Assembly (NCBI GenBank): GCA_023475105.1
Contig: JAMCWJ010000094.1
Coordinates: 20,724 to 84,723, forward strand
Reading direction: 5' to 3'
Length of the DNA stretch: 64,000 nt
Source: Nitrospirota bacterium
GTDB lineage: Bacteria; Nitrospirota; Thermodesulfovibrionia; Thermodesulfovibrionales; UBA9159
Part shown: in pieces, positions 1 to 10,256 of the stretch
Layout: the number at the start of each line of letters is the position of its first letter
How positions within the stretch are numbered: the stretch's first letter is position 1
Position numbers and translations under genes: made by a program
Notes under the pieces: model-generated
Database searches by the model: none
Told to the model about the DNA's origin: nothing
The model's input: the letters and a program-made list of their open reading frames with translations, nothing else

Positions 1-2668
1 GGTCAAAGTAACGATAGACGGAAAAACAGCAACTGTTCCAGAGGGGATTACGGTCCTCGACGCGGCGAAAAGGCTGCACATTACAATCCCGACCCTCTGC
101 CACCATCCCAAACTTTCACCCTTTGGAGGATGCAGGCTCTGCCTTGTCGAGATCAAGGGCGTCCCGAGACCCGTCACTTCCTGCACCACACCGGTGGCCG
201 ACGGAATGGAAGCGACAACCACAAGCCCGAACCTCGAAAATCTCAGGAGGACCGTTCTTGAGCTGGTCCTTTCGGATCATCCGAACGACTGCATGGTCTG
301 CGAACGCGCAGGTGACTGCACGCTCCAGGAGCTCGCCTATTCCTACGGCATACGGGAAAACCGTTTTGAGGGCGAGAGGAGAACCTATGCGAAGCGCGAC
401 GGCAATCCCTTCATCGAAAGAGACATGGAGAAATGCATCATGTGCGGCAGATGCGTAAAGGTCTGCGAAGAGGTCGAAGGAGTGGGGGCGATAGATTTTG
501 CCTACAGGGGATTCAAGTCCAAGATATGCCCCCCCTTTGAGAGAGACCTCGACTGCGAGTTCTGCGGGCAGTGCGTTGCAGTCTGTCCTACCGGCGCCCT
601 TACGGGAAAACTCTGGAAGCAGAAGGGGAGACAAAAGGACGTGAGGGAAGTCGAGACAACCTGCGGGTATTGCGGCTGCGGCTGCAATCTCACCCTCCAT
701 GTGAAGGGCAACGAGGTGACGAGAGTCGACTCAAAAGCGGAGACCCTCAACGAGGGTTGGTTATGCGTCAAAGGAAGGTTCGGCTACAGCTTCATCGGCA
801 GCACGGAAAGGCTCACGACCCCCCTCATACGGAGGGAGGGGAAACTCGAGCCTGCCTCATGGGACGAGGCCCTCGATTATGTCGCCGGGAGACTGAAGGG
901 CATAAAGGAAGAACACGGTTCTGACGCGCTCGCCGGGCTTTCTTCGGCGAGATGCACCAACGAGGAGAATTATCTCTTCCAGAAGCTTATCCGCGCCGCG
1001 ATCGGCACGAACAACGTCGATCACTGCGCCCGCTACTGACACAGCGCAACGGTGGCCGGTCTGGCCACGGTATTCGGCTCGGGGGCGATGACGAATTCGA
1101 TACCCGAGATCGTGAACAACGACCTGATCTTTGTGATAGGCTCCAACACGACGGAAACCCATCCCATCATCGGGTTAAAGATGAAGAAGGCCTTCAGGAA
1201 GGGGGCGAAACTCATCGTGGCGGACCCCCGGAGAATAGACCTCGTGAGGTTTGCGGACCTCTGGCTCAGGCAGAAGCCGGGGACGGACGTCGCTCTTCTG
1301 AACTCCATGATGCATGTGATCCTGAGGGAAAGCCTCGAGGACAACGAGTTCATCGCGAATCATGCCGAAGGGTTCGAGCAATTCAGGGCCTCGCTGGCGG
1401 AGTTTACTCCCGAAGTCGGCGAGAAGATCACGGGAGTCCCGAAGGCGAAGATACGGGAAGCGGCGGTGTTATATGCGAATGCGGAACGGGCCGCCATCTA
1501 TTACACGATGGGGATGACTCAGCACACCCACGGCACGGACAACGTCTTCTCGATAGCGAACCTTGCGCTGATGACGGGCAACCTCGGGAGGGAAAGCGTC
1601 GGCGTGAATCCCCTGAGGGGCCAGAATAATGTGCAGGGCGCGAGCGATATGGCGTGCGCGCCAGACGTCCTACCCGGATACCAGAAGGTCGACGCTCTCC
1701 AGGTGCGGGAAAGATTCGAAAAAGAATGGGGCGTCGTCCTCCCGGGGAAGGCCGGTCTCACCGCGACCGAAATGACCGAGGCTGCTCTCAACGGGTCTCT
1801 TAAGGCGATGTATATTATGGGAGAAAACCCGGTGCTGAGCGACCCGGATATGCGCCATACGGTGAAGGCCTTGAAGAATCTCGAGTTTCTCGTGGTACAG
1901 GACATATTCCTCACAGAAACGGCCGCACTGGCCGACGTAGTGCTTCCCGCATCCTCGTTTGCGGAAAAGGACGGCACCTTTACGAACACCGAGCGGCGGG
2001 TGCAACGGGTGAGGAAGGTGCTGACCCCCCCGGGCGACGCCCGGGAGGATTCATGGATCATCGCGGAAATAAGCAAGAGACTTGGCTATGAGATGAAGTA
2101 CCACGCCATGGAAGACGTGATGCAGGAGATCGGCCGGCTCTGGCCTGCCATGGCCGGCATTTCATACAGCCGCATAGAAAAGAGGGGCTTGCAATGGCCC
2201 TGCCCCACCTCCGATCATCCCGGCACGCCGTACCTTTTCAAAGGAGGATTCCCCAGGGGAAAAGGCAGGTTTACCACAGTGCCCTACAGGCCTTCCGCAG
2301 AGTTGCCCGACGGCGAGTATCCCTTCTTGCTTTCGACTGGCAGACAGCTGTTCCAGTACCATACAGGAACCATGACGAGAAAGACCTCGGCCATCGAAGC
2401 GATTGCCGGCGGCAGGCCTTACGTCGAAATACATCCGGACGACGCTGCCAGGCTCCATATCGCAGACGGTCAGAAGATCACGGTTTCGTCGAGACGGGGG
2501 AGCATCGAGATTGCCGCAAGGATCACGGAGAGGCCGCTCGAGGGTATGGTCTTCATCCCTTTCCATTTCACCGAGGCTGCAGCCAACGTCCTCACCAACA
2601 CCGCTCTGGACCCCGTTTGCAAGATCCCCGAGTTTAAGGTCTGCGCGGTGAAGATAGAGGTTTCTTAG
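1..2668 (+). CDS. fdhA: Formate dehydrogenase alpha subunit, selenocysteine-containing, with N-terminal 2Fe-2S/4Fe-4S domains (5' end at window edge)
   Basis: Frame open from nt 2 (VKVTIDGK...TLCHHP...GGCRLCLVEI), then HxxxCxxC, two CxxCxxC ferredoxin motifs and the Mo/W-bisPGD CGYCGCGC motif. ORFs 194..1039 and 1052..2668 are in the same frame, joined by TGA 1037-1039 in DHCARY-U-HSATVAGL. The C-terminus is PEFKVCAVKI. Confidence 0.95.
1052..1068 (+). promoter_or_regulatory. Bacterial SECIS element
   Basis: GTGGCC-GGTCT-GGCCAC hairpin starting 12 nt after the in-frame TGA, with a loop like the E. coli fdhF SECIS. Confidence 0.88.
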
Positions 2669-2725
2669 GGGCTCGTTCCCCGCCTGCGCCTTTCCGCCCC
2701 CGGTCTGAACCCATGCGAGATTGTC

Positions 2726-2754
2726 TTGAAAAAAGATGCTTATTTCCGTATAGT
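2726..2754 (+). promoter_or_regulatory. Putative sigma70 promoter
   Basis: TTGAAA-N17-TATAGT upstream of GGAGG and ATG 2784. Confidence 0.5.
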
Positions 2755-2783
2755 AGTTACTCATGAATTAATCTGGAGGTGAT

Positions 2784-3239
2784 ATGGTAGAGCCTGAACT
2801 CTTGAAACAGCAGTTTCTTCTCGAAGACCTCGACGTTTCCGACCTCCGCAAGATCGGCAATGCGATAAGGGAAGTCGTCGTCAAGAAGGGGGAATATGTC
2901 TTCAGGGAAAAGGAGGAGACCAAGGGCATTTTTCTTCTCGACTCGGGCAAGATCGAGATTTCGAAGATTACCCTTGACGGCTGGAAACAGACGCTGGCGG
3001 TGCTGACGAAGGGGAGCTTCTTCGGCGAACTTTCGATCATCGAGCACAGACTCCATGAAGCGAATGCCGTCGCCCTTGAAGACACAAGAATTCTCTTGAT
3101 ACCGAAAGAGGATTTTGAGAAGATGGAGAAAGAAGATCTCCTGCTCGCCACGAGGATCATGAAAAGGCTTATCCTTGTGCTCAGCGGGAACCTCAGACAG
3201 ATGAATGAAAAGTTCCTGAATGCGCTGATAAGCTACTGA
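2784..3239 (+). CDS. Stand-alone cyclic nucleotide-binding (Crp-type cNMP) domain protein
   Basis: KKGEYVFRE...LDSGKIEISK...GSFFGELSII...ANAVALED; 151 aa with no HTH; GGAGG RBS. Confidence 0.85.
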   Translation: MVEPELLKQQFLLEDLDVSDLRKIGNAIREVVVKKGEYVFREKEETKGIFLLDSGKIEISKITLDGWKQTLAVLTKGSFFGELSIIEHRLHEANAVALEDTRILLIPKEDFEKMEKEDLLLATRIMKRLILVLSGNLRQMNEKFLNALISY

Positions 3240-3260
3240 TCGAGGATAGCAACCTCTCCA

Positions 3261-3330
3261 TTCAGGCTGCAACGCACTCTGCCTTTTTATCAAACCGGCT
3301 CAAGAAGCGGGCTGAAGCCTGCAGCAATAC
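3261..3330. repeat. Degenerate REP-like palindromic remnant
   Basis: GCGGGC-TGAA-GCCTGC hairpin (3307-3322) plus upstream TTCAGGCTGC; resembles intergenic REP units. Confidence 0.3.
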
Positions 3331-3359
3331 TGAACTACTTTAAGAGGAGGATTCGAGAA

Positions 3360-5123
3360 ATGCCATATGATGCAACGAAGCTAGCTGACTGGCAGATTTC
3401 CGAAGAGGCGGAAAAAAAGATGCCTGCTCCGGAAGAGTGGCGTGAACGGCTCGGACTGCAAAAAGACGAGATGCTGCCGATGGGCCGTCTGTCGAAAATC
3501 GACTTTCTGAAGGTCATCAATCGTCTCAAGAACAATCCCGACGGCAAGTACGTCGAGGTGACTGCAATAACCCCGACACCCCTGGGCGAAGGCAAGAGCA
3601 CCACGTCGTGCGGTTTAATGGAAGGCCTCGGCAAGCGGGGAGTAAGCGTGGGCGGGGCCCTGCGACAGCCCTCGGGCGGTCCCACCATGAACGTGAAGGG
3701 CACCGCAGCCGGCGGGGGCAACTCCCTGTTGATCCCGATGACGGAGTTCTCACTGGGGCTGACCGGAGACATCAACGACATCATGAACGCCCACAACCTG
3801 GCTATGGTCGCGTTGACCGCCCGGATGCAGCACGAGCGCAATTACAGCGACGAGCAGCTGGAGCGCCTCACCAAAATGAGGCGTCTCGACATCGACCCCA
3901 CGCGCGTCGAGATGGGATGGATCATAGACTTTTGCGCCCAGAGCCTGCGCAACATCATCATCGGAATCGGAGGCAGACAGGACGGCTTCATGATGCAGTC
4001 GAAGTTCGGCATCGCCGTCGGATCGGAGTGCATGGCCATCCTTTCCGTAGCCAACAACCTCGAGGACCTGAAGAAGCGCCTGAACAACATCACCGTGGCC
4101 TTCGACAAGAGCGGTAAACCCGTTACGACAGGCGATCTGGAAGTCGGCAACGCTATGGCAGCGTTCATGCGCAATACGATCAACCCGACCCTCATGTGCA
4201 CTGCCGAATACACCCCCTGCTTTGTGCATGCCGGGCCTTTTGCGAACATCGCGGTCGGTCAGTCCTCCATCATCGCAGACCGCGTCGGCCTGAAGTTGTT
4301 CGACTACCATGTGACCGAATCCGGCTTTGCTGCCGACATCGGGTTTGAAAAATTCTGGAACGTCAAATGCCGTTTCAGCGGCCTGAAACCTCATGTCTCA
4401 GTCCTCACCACTACGGTGCGCGCCCTGAAGATGCACGGCGGAGGACCAAAAGTCGTGGCCGGCAAGGCGCTGCCCGAAGAATACACAAAAGAAAACATCG
4501 CGCTCGTCGAAAAGGGCTGCGCGAACATGGTGCATATGATCAACGTCATCCGCAAGTCCGGCATAAACCCGGTCGTCTGCATCAACCGTTTCTACACCGA
4601 TACGGACGCCGAAGTTGCCATCGTAAAAAAGGCGGCGGAAGCGGCCGGCGCCCGCTGCGCGGAATCCCAGCACTGGCTCAAGGGCGGGGAGGGAGCGCTC
4701 GAACTGGCCGATGCGGTCATCGACGCCTGCAACGAAAATAACAACTTCAAATACCTCTACCCTCTGGAGATGAAGCTGCGCGACCGTGTGGCACTCATCG
4801 CAAAGGAAGTATATGGAGCAGATGGGGTCTCCTGGCTGCCGGAGGCGGAAGCCAAGGCCAAGATGCTTGAAGACGACCCCAAGTACGCGGATTTCGCCAC
4901 CATGATGGTCAAAACACACCTGAGCCTTACGCACGACCCCACGATCAAGGGAGTGCCCAAGGGCTGGACGCTGCCGATCAGGGACGTGCTGATTTACTCC
5001 GGAGCAAAATTCCTCTGCCCCTGCGCCGGAACCATAAGCCTGATGCCGGGAACGAGTTCGAATCCGGCCTTCAGAAGGGTCGACGTGGATGTGAATACCG
5101 GAAAGGTTAGCGGGTTATTCTAA
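3360..5123 (+). CDS. fhs: Formate--tetrahydrofolate ligase
   Basis: [48 protein letters not shown] and MPG motifs; GAGGAGG RBS. Confidence 0.97.
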   Translation: MPYDATKLADWQISEEAEKKMPAPEEWRERLGLQKDEMLPMGRLSKIDFLKVINRLKNNPDGKYVEVTAITPTPLGEGKSTTSCGLMEGLGKRGVSVGGALRQPSGGPTMNVKGTAAGGGNSLLIPMTEFSLGLTGDINDIMNAHNLAMVALTARMQHERNYSDEQLERLTKMRRLDIDPTRVEMGWIIDFCAQSLRNIIIGIGGRQDGFMMQSKFGIAVGSECMAILSVANNLEDLKKRLNNITVAFDKSGKPVTTGDLEVGNAMAAFMRNTINPTLMCTAEYTPCFVHAGPFANIAVGQSSIIADRVGLKLFDYHVTESGFAADIGFEKFWNVKCRFSGLKPHVSVLTTTVRALKMHGGGPKVVAGKALPEEYTKENIALVEKGCANMVHMINVIRKSGINPVVCINRFYTDTDAEVAIVKKAAEAAGARCAESQHWLKGGEGALELADAVIDACNENNNFKYLYPLEMKLRDRVALIAKEVYGADGVSWLPEAEAKAKMLEDDPKYADFATMMVKTHLSLTHDPTIKGVPKGWTLPIRDVLIYSGAKFLCPCAGTISLMPGTSSNPAFRRVDVDVNTGKVSGLF

Positions 5124-5147
5124 GTCCCTGCCTGGTTTTTCTTACGG

Positions 5148-5181
5148 AAGAAGCCCCCGGAAAACATCCGGGGGCTTCTTT
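5148..5181 (+). terminator. Intrinsic terminator of fhs
   Basis: AAGAAGCCCCCGG-AAAACAT-CCGGGGGCTTCTT perfect 13-bp stem 25 nt after the stop. Confidence 0.8.
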
Positions 5182-5240
5182 GCGTTCACGGGAATCGAAT
5201 CCGGCAATCCCTGAATCCGCAATCAAAAGACTGATACCTG

Positions 5241-5344
5241 CGTGAGGACGACATTCGCTCTCATTCCCGCTTCGCTCCGGGGCGCCGGACCGCCTCACCC
5301 GAAAGGTGAGCGGCCCGCTAAGGCCGTTCGAATGCATCCTCACG
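5241..5344. ncRNA. Candidate structured non-coding element (multi-stem RNA or palindromic mobile unit)
   Basis: Closing stems CGTGAGGA/TCCTCACG and CATTCG/CGAATG enclose the hairpins CCGG-GGCG-CCGG, CTCACC-CGAAA-GGTGAG and GGCC-CGCTAA-GGCC. Confidence 0.45.
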
Positions 5345-5375
5345 ATGGATTTTTGGAATTATTAAGAAAATTAAA

Positions 5376-5404
5376 TTGTATTGAGGGGGGCGAAGAATTA
5401 TAAT
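5376..5404 (+). promoter_or_regulatory. Putative sigma70 promoter
   Basis: TTGTAT-N17-TATAAT with an AT-rich UP region, upstream of the radical SAM gene. Confidence 0.55.
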
Positions 5405-5430
5405 AGCAGTGAATTTTATGAAGGGTTGCG

Positions 5431-6528
5431 GTGAATAAGCGGCATTTCGGACATATCAGGGTACCCCTCCAGAGGGTCCATCTTGAACTCACAAACGTCT
5501 GCGATTTCAATTGCCTTTTCTGTCCGAAATCCGTCATGAAAAGGCCTTTCGGTTACATGGATGCGGACCTCGCGAAACGCATCATCGACGAGATAGCGGA
5601 GAACTGCATATGCGAAAAGGTAACCTTCCACGTGATGGGAGAGCCAACCCTGCATCCCCGGTTTTTCGAGATCCTTTCCCACTCCCGCGATAGGAAGGTA
5701 AAGGTCGGCCTTACCACAAACGGGGGCACCCTCGGCACGGAGGTCGGAAAGCGCCTCCTGGACTACGGGCTTCACCAGATAGACGTGTCCCTCCAGACCC
5801 CTGATGCCCAGTCCTTCAAGCTGAGAAAGGCGCGCGCCCTCACCTTTGATACATACCTCCGGGGCATCCTGAAATTCTTTCACGCCTACAAGTCCCGATG
5901 GCAGGAAACCATTTTCAAGTTCCGCTTCCTCAACACGAGATTTCGCAGGAAAGGATTGGAAGATAAGTTCGGACCCATAAAGGTGATCTCTTCGACCGAA
6001 GAACTGCAGGCGACCTTTCGTTACTGGTGCGGGGAGATCTACGATCTGCTCGGAGTCGCGGAGGAGTTGAGGAAAGAAGCGATGGCCCGGATAGAGGGCC
6101 TTTCGTCGTTCAAATGGAACGTTGTGGAAGTCTATCCCGGAGTACACTTCGAGACGTATCTGCTCGAGGACTGGGGAAATGCCTTCCAAGAAGAGAAGGT
6201 GCGCAACGCCTGGGGAGGCTACTGCTTCGGCATGAGAGACCACTTTGCGATCCTTTACAACGGCGACGTAACTCTCTGTTGCGTCGACTTCGACGGTACG
6301 ACGGCGATCGGTAATCTCAACGGCTCATCGCTGAAAGAAATCCTTTCGTCCGACACGCTCGGGAATATCATGAGAGGTTTTCGCCGCTTTCAGCTGGTCC
6401 ATCCCGCCTGCAGGCGTTGTCTGGGAAGCAGCTCTTTCACTTCGTGGCTCTGCAAACCGGTCATCTCCCTGGCGGCCCTCAAGATCCTCAAGCCTTTTTT
6501 CTATACGCATACGAAGATTCACCGGTAG
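5431..6528 (+). CDS. Radical SAM protein with C-terminal SPASM/twitch domain
   Basis: ELTNVCDFNCLFCP (CxxxCxxC), GEPTLHP, TTNG; C-terminal C...NGDVTLCC...IGNL...CRRC. Confidence 0.88.
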   Translation: MNKRHFGHIRVPLQRVHLELTNVCDFNCLFCPKSVMKRPFGYMDADLAKRIIDEIAENCICEKVTFHVMGEPTLHPRFFEILSHSRDRKVKVGLTTNGGTLGTEVGKRLLDYGLHQIDVSLQTPDAQSFKLRKARALTFDTYLRGILKFFHAYKSRWQETIFKFRFLNTRFRRKGLEDKFGPIKVISSTEELQATFRYWCGEIYDLLGVAEELRKEAMARIEGLSSFKWNVVEVYPGVHFETYLLEDWGNAFQEEKVRNAWGGYCFGMRDHFAILYNGDVTLCCVDFDGTTAIGNLNGSSLKEILSSDTLGNIMRGFRRFQLVHPACRRCLGSSSFTSWLCKPVISLAALKILKPFFYTHTKIHR

Positions 6529-6533
6529 TCTTC

Positions 6534-6797
6534 TCAGGACTCGTCCTCTGTCACCTTATAGACCACATCGTGCTCTCTCACGTGGTCTTTCACCTTGATC
6601 CCCACATCCTGCCCTTTTCTTGCGCGGCTGATGCTCTCGTGCTCCAGTTGAATCGACTCCACCTTCTGCGTCAGGTCAGTACTGTGGCCTCTGACATGGA
6701 TAGTCTCGCCGACCGCCAATTCGCCTTCCAAAACTACCGCCGCCACCCCAAGGTGACCGAAGTAATGGCTTACGACTCCGATCCTTTCTTCCTTCAT
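6534..6797 (-). CDS. Small translation elongation factor-like beta-barrel protein
   Basis: IGVVSHYFGHLGVA...GETIHVRG...QKVESIQ...GQDVGIKV; GGAGG RBS. Confidence 0.75.
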   Translation of the reverse strand: MKEERIGVVSHYFGHLGVAAVVLEGELAVGETIHVRGHSTDLTQKVESIQLEHESISRARKGQDVGIKVKDHVREHDVVYKVTEDES

Positions 6798-6840
6798 ATT
6801 TCCTCCCTGTCAGACGGAATGTTATTTCCCTTTAATTGTC

Positions 6841-6869
6841 AATGTACACGGTTTGTGAGACACTGTCAA
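6841..6869 (-). promoter_or_regulatory. Putative sigma70 promoter
   Basis: Minus strand TTGACA-N17-TACATT. Confidence 0.55.
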
Positions 6870-7039
6870 TTTCGGGAACGGCGGGGAGCCCGGCTTCCTT
6901 CATCGGCATCCGCCTCATAGTGGACCATAGCGCCTATTTTACTAAGAAATACCGGTGGAATTAGGAACTTGTTCCAATATCATTTGGGGTGCTCCCCTGC
7001 TATAGTGAAATCAGGAACAGAGGAAAGGAGGCAAAGAAG

Positions 7040-7285
7040 ATGACCGCTTACTACGAAGAAAACTCAGTAGGAGAAAGGGTTCTCGGCTTGTTTCTCGGGC
7101 CGGTCCTCGGGTTTGCGTACGTCGTATGCATGCCTTTTCTGGCAATTGTAACAATAGTCGCCCTTCTGGGAAGAAGGGTGATGGGCACTTTCCTCGGTCT
7201 TCTGAGAACTCTTGCAACCTTCGGGTGGAGACCTTCAGAAGCATATCTTTCGGGAAAAAAGAGAAGGAAAAAGGATAATGTCTGA
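7040..7285 (+). CDS. Small hypothetical membrane protein
   Basis: GGAGG RBS; hydrophobic segments, GWRPSEAYL motif and basic tail. Confidence 0.65.
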   Translation: MTAYYEENSVGERVLGLFLGPVLGFAYVVCMPFLAIVTIVALLGRRVMGTFLGLLRTLATFGWRPSEAYLSGKKRRKKDNV

Positions 7286-7457
7286 CCGTGTCCGACAGAG
7301 AGTGCCTTCTCCTTTGGCCTGAACCTCAGGGAAAGGCGCTCTCCTGTGACGCATATACTCGCCTCATGCAAATCGCCGGAAAGAATGAAATAGTACAAGG
7401 TGATCATTCGCAACGCGAGCATAACAAAAAAAACGATAACACTTCTTCAGCAGCCCC

Positions 7458-9068
7458 TTAAGGGTTCGATCCCCGGAGAGAGATTTTCGTTCCCTTGTCG
7501 ATGCTGTAAACGGGAAAGATACGGAAATCCCTGACCCAGGGCTGTCTCAGCACATAATCGGTCTTGTGCCAGAAAAAAACCCACGGAGCCTCCTCCACGA
7601 TGATCCTTTCCGCCTTTTCGTAGGAGATATCCCTTTGTTTCTCATCCCGCGCAGCCTGTCCTTGTTCTATAAGGCGGTCTACGCTGCGGTTCATGTATCT
7701 CGCCCGGTTTCCCGCAGGTCCCCAATTTGCCGAATGGAACAACGGATAAAGGAAGTCCTCGGCGTCCGGGTAATCCGCCCACCAGCTCAACCAGAACATA
7801 TCGGGCTCGCCCCTGTTTATCGCCTCCTTGTATGCGCTCCATTCGAGTTGGGTAATCTTCACCTCGAGACCGGCCTTCTTCAGATAAGACTGGATGAACT
7901 CCGCCATATCCACGACTTCCTGCTCCGCGGTGATGTAGAGCCGTATGGTACGGCCCGCCGCCCCTTCCATCTTCACGATCTCCCTTGCCTCTTCAGGGTT
8001 GTATTCGTATGCAGGAGGGGCCTGCCATCGTCTCAACAAGTCCGGCACCGGCCCTGCTGCAAGTCTTCCCCTGTTTTCATAGAATGTGGATAGCAGCTTT
8101 CTCCGGTCGATGGCAAGGTTTATCGCCTTCCTCAGGCGCACATTGTCGAAGGGCGGCCTGGAGCAGTTCATCCCGACGTAGTAGGTGTTCACTCCCTCCA
8201 CCGATACGATAAGGCCCTTCCATTTCGGGTCCTTCCTGTACTTCGCAAACTCGGGCGCAGGGATAGGGATAACATCGAGGTTCCCGAGCTCGAACTCTGT
8301 GATCGCAGTGAGGTCCTCAGGGATGATCCTATAGAGGAGACCTTTGACTTTTGCCTTCTCTCCGAAATAGCCCTGTCTCGCTTCGAGCCTCAGCTCCCTG
8401 TTTTGGAGCCACGTGCTGAGTATGAAGGGTCCGGTCCCTACGGGATGTGTCGAGAAGTCAGGTCCCAACCTACTGACTTCCTCTTCAGGAACAACATAGG
8501 CCGCGGACATCGTCAGGAGATAGAGGAAAGGTGAGAAAGGCGTCTCGAGCCTGATGAGAAGGGTGCGGTCGTCAACAACGTGTATGCCCGATACATCGTC
8601 GGCCCGGCCGTCCATGAAGGCCTTTGCACCGGCAATTTTTTCGAAGACCCAGGTATTCGGGGAATGCGTCTTGGGGTCTAAAATACGCTTAAAGGAATAC
8701 TTGACGTCATAAGCGCTAACATGCCTATTATTAGAGTATATTGCGTTGTTTCTCAGAGAGAATGTATAGGTAAGACCATCATCGGAGACCTTCCATTTCT
8801 CCGCGATATCGGGCATCACTTTCAGGTTTTCGTCAAGCTTCACGAGTCCGTCAAACACCTTGGCAGCGATAGAGCCGCCTGCCACATCGACTATGAAGGC
8901 AGGATCGAGGGTCGTAGGGTTGGCGTTCAGCCGGTAATATACGTATCCCTGGAGGCGGTTCCGGTGAGAGCAGGACAAGAAAAAGACAGATGAGGCCACA
9001 GTGAAAAGAAAAATCAGGATGAAGAGTTTCCTTTCGGGGCCGCGAAAGACGGAACAGATTTCAGACAT
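7458..9068 (-). CDS. ABC transporter substrate-binding lipoprotein, family 5 (oligopeptide/dipeptide)
   Basis: Lipobox-like FLSC, NPTTLDPA, FDGLVK, PDIAEKW, PVGTGPF, W-ADYPD. Confidence 0.92.
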   Translation of the reverse strand: MSEICSVFRGPERKLFILIFLFTVASSVFFLSCSHRNRLQGYVYYRLNANPTTLDPAFIVDVAGGSIAAKVFDGLVKLDENLKVMPDIAEKWKVSDDGLTYTFSLRNNAIYSNNRHVSAYDVKYSFKRILDPKTHSPNTWVFEKIAGAKAFMDGRADDVSGIHVVDDRTLLIRLETPFSPFLYLLTMSAAYVVPEEEVSRLGPDFSTHPVGTGPFILSTWLQNRELRLEARQGYFGEKAKVKGLLYRIIPEDLTAITEFELGNLDVIPIPAPEFAKYRKDPKWKGLIVSVEGVNTYYVGMNCSRPPFDNVRLRKAINLAIDRRKLLSTFYENRGRLAAGPVPDLLRRWQAPPAYEYNPEEAREIVKMEGAAGRTIRLYITAEQEVVDMAEFIQSYLKKAGLEVKITQLEWSAYKEAINRGEPDMFWLSWWADYPDAEDFLYPLFHSANWGPAGNRARYMNRSVDRLIEQGQAARDEKQRDISYEKAERIIVEEAPWVFFWHKTDYVLRQPWVRDFRIFPVYSIDKGTKISLRGSNP

Positions 9069-9212
9069 CGACAATTATACCAAATCCTTCCCCTCACAGA
9101 AGGGACACCACACGCTTTTCCACTTCGACACGGATCTGCATTTCACGCAAACATCGAATCACCAAGCACGGCTTCTCATCACGCACGATGCAATATTCCT
9201 TAACTCCTCGCG

Positions 9213-10256
9213 TCAGGCATCAGCGCCTCCTTCTATGGTCCTGAAGATTTCGATGACGGAAAGAAACAGGGCGAAAACGAGAGGGCCCATAACGAGCCCC
9301 AGAAGACCGAACACCCGTATTCCTCCGAGGACAGTGAAAAATATGATCACCGTAGGCATCTTTGTGCGCCCGCCTATGATCAAAGGCTTTAGTATATTGT
9401 CCACCATGCTTATTATGAATATGCCGATCAGAATGAGCACGACCCCCTTTGCATAGGCCCCCTCGAAAAGCAGGATGATGCTGGCAGGCACCCAGACGAC
9501 GGACGTCCCGAGCATCGGCACAAACGACATCAGGGCCATGGTAGTGCCCCAGAAAATGGGAGAAGAGACCCCGAGTATCGCAAAGGCCGCCCCGCCGAGG
9601 ATTCCCTGGATGATCGCGACGATAACCCCCCCGTAAATCGTTGAGACGATCATATCTTTCACCTGCAGGGCCAGTCTGTCCCTATGGGCTTCGGAAAAGG
9701 GCAGATAACTCTTTATCCTCCGGAGGAATCCCGGCCCGTCCTTCAGGAAAAAGAATATGGTAAACGCCATGATAACAAAGTTCGCGGCCATACTCAGCAC
9801 ATTTCCGAATCCCGAGGAAAGCTGCTCGACGAGCTTCTTTCCGACCTTCCTCGCATTATCGATAATGACCTCTTCGGAGGGGCCCTCCAATCCGGTATAA
9901 GGCTGAAGCTTTCTTACGATCTCCACCACGCGTTCGTCCGCCGACAGCGAAGTGACGGCCTTGGCAATGGCGTCCGTCCGGCCCACAAGATCGCTTATCT
10001 CGCCCACGAGGGCGTAAGCAATGTAAGAAAGCGGCCCTATGATAATGATGAGGATCACGAGCAATATCACAAATGATGCGGCGGCTTTCACCTTTATATA
10101 CTTCAGGACAAACGCATAGGCGGGGTAAAAAATCACGCAGAAGACGACCGCCCATGCAATCGGGGTAAGAAAAGGCTGGAATATCTGGTACGTAAGATAT
10201 CCGAGAACAGCCAGTATCGCAAAAAGCGTCAGGAGATAAAACCTATTTGCATTCAC
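9213..10256 (-). CDS. AI-2E family transporter
   Basis: Multi-TM; FFFLKDG, SFVPMLG, DNILKPLIIG, FGLLGLVMGP; GTG start at 10256 overlaps the upstream stop. Confidence 0.9.
   Translation of the reverse strand: MNANRFYLLTLFAILAVLGYLTYQIFQPFLTPIAWAVVFCVIFYPAYAFVLKYIKVKAAASFVILLVILIIIIGPLSYIAYALVGEISDLVGRTDAIAKAVTSLSADERVVEIVRKLQPYTGLEGPSEEVIIDNARKVGKKLVEQLSSGFGNVLSMAANFVIMAFTIFFFLKDGPGFLRRIKSYLPFSEAHRDRLALQVKDMIVSTIYGGVIVAIIQGILGGAAFAILGVSSPIFWGTTMALMSFVPMLGTSVVWVPASIILLFEGAYAKGVVLILIGIFIISMVDNILKPLIIGGRTKMPTVIIFFTVLGGIRVFGLLGLVMGPLVFALFLSVIEIFRTIEGGADA

Noticed and set aside
194-1039. Separate Fe-S protein and a second ORF at 1052, or an fdh pseudogene
   Set aside because: Same frame, Sec-position TGA and SECIS indicate one selenoprotein gene.
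5229-5305. Hammerhead ribozyme or THF/ZTP riboswitch near fhs
   Set aside because: The CUGANGA core is not intact, and the element is downstream of the fhs terminator rather than in its leader.
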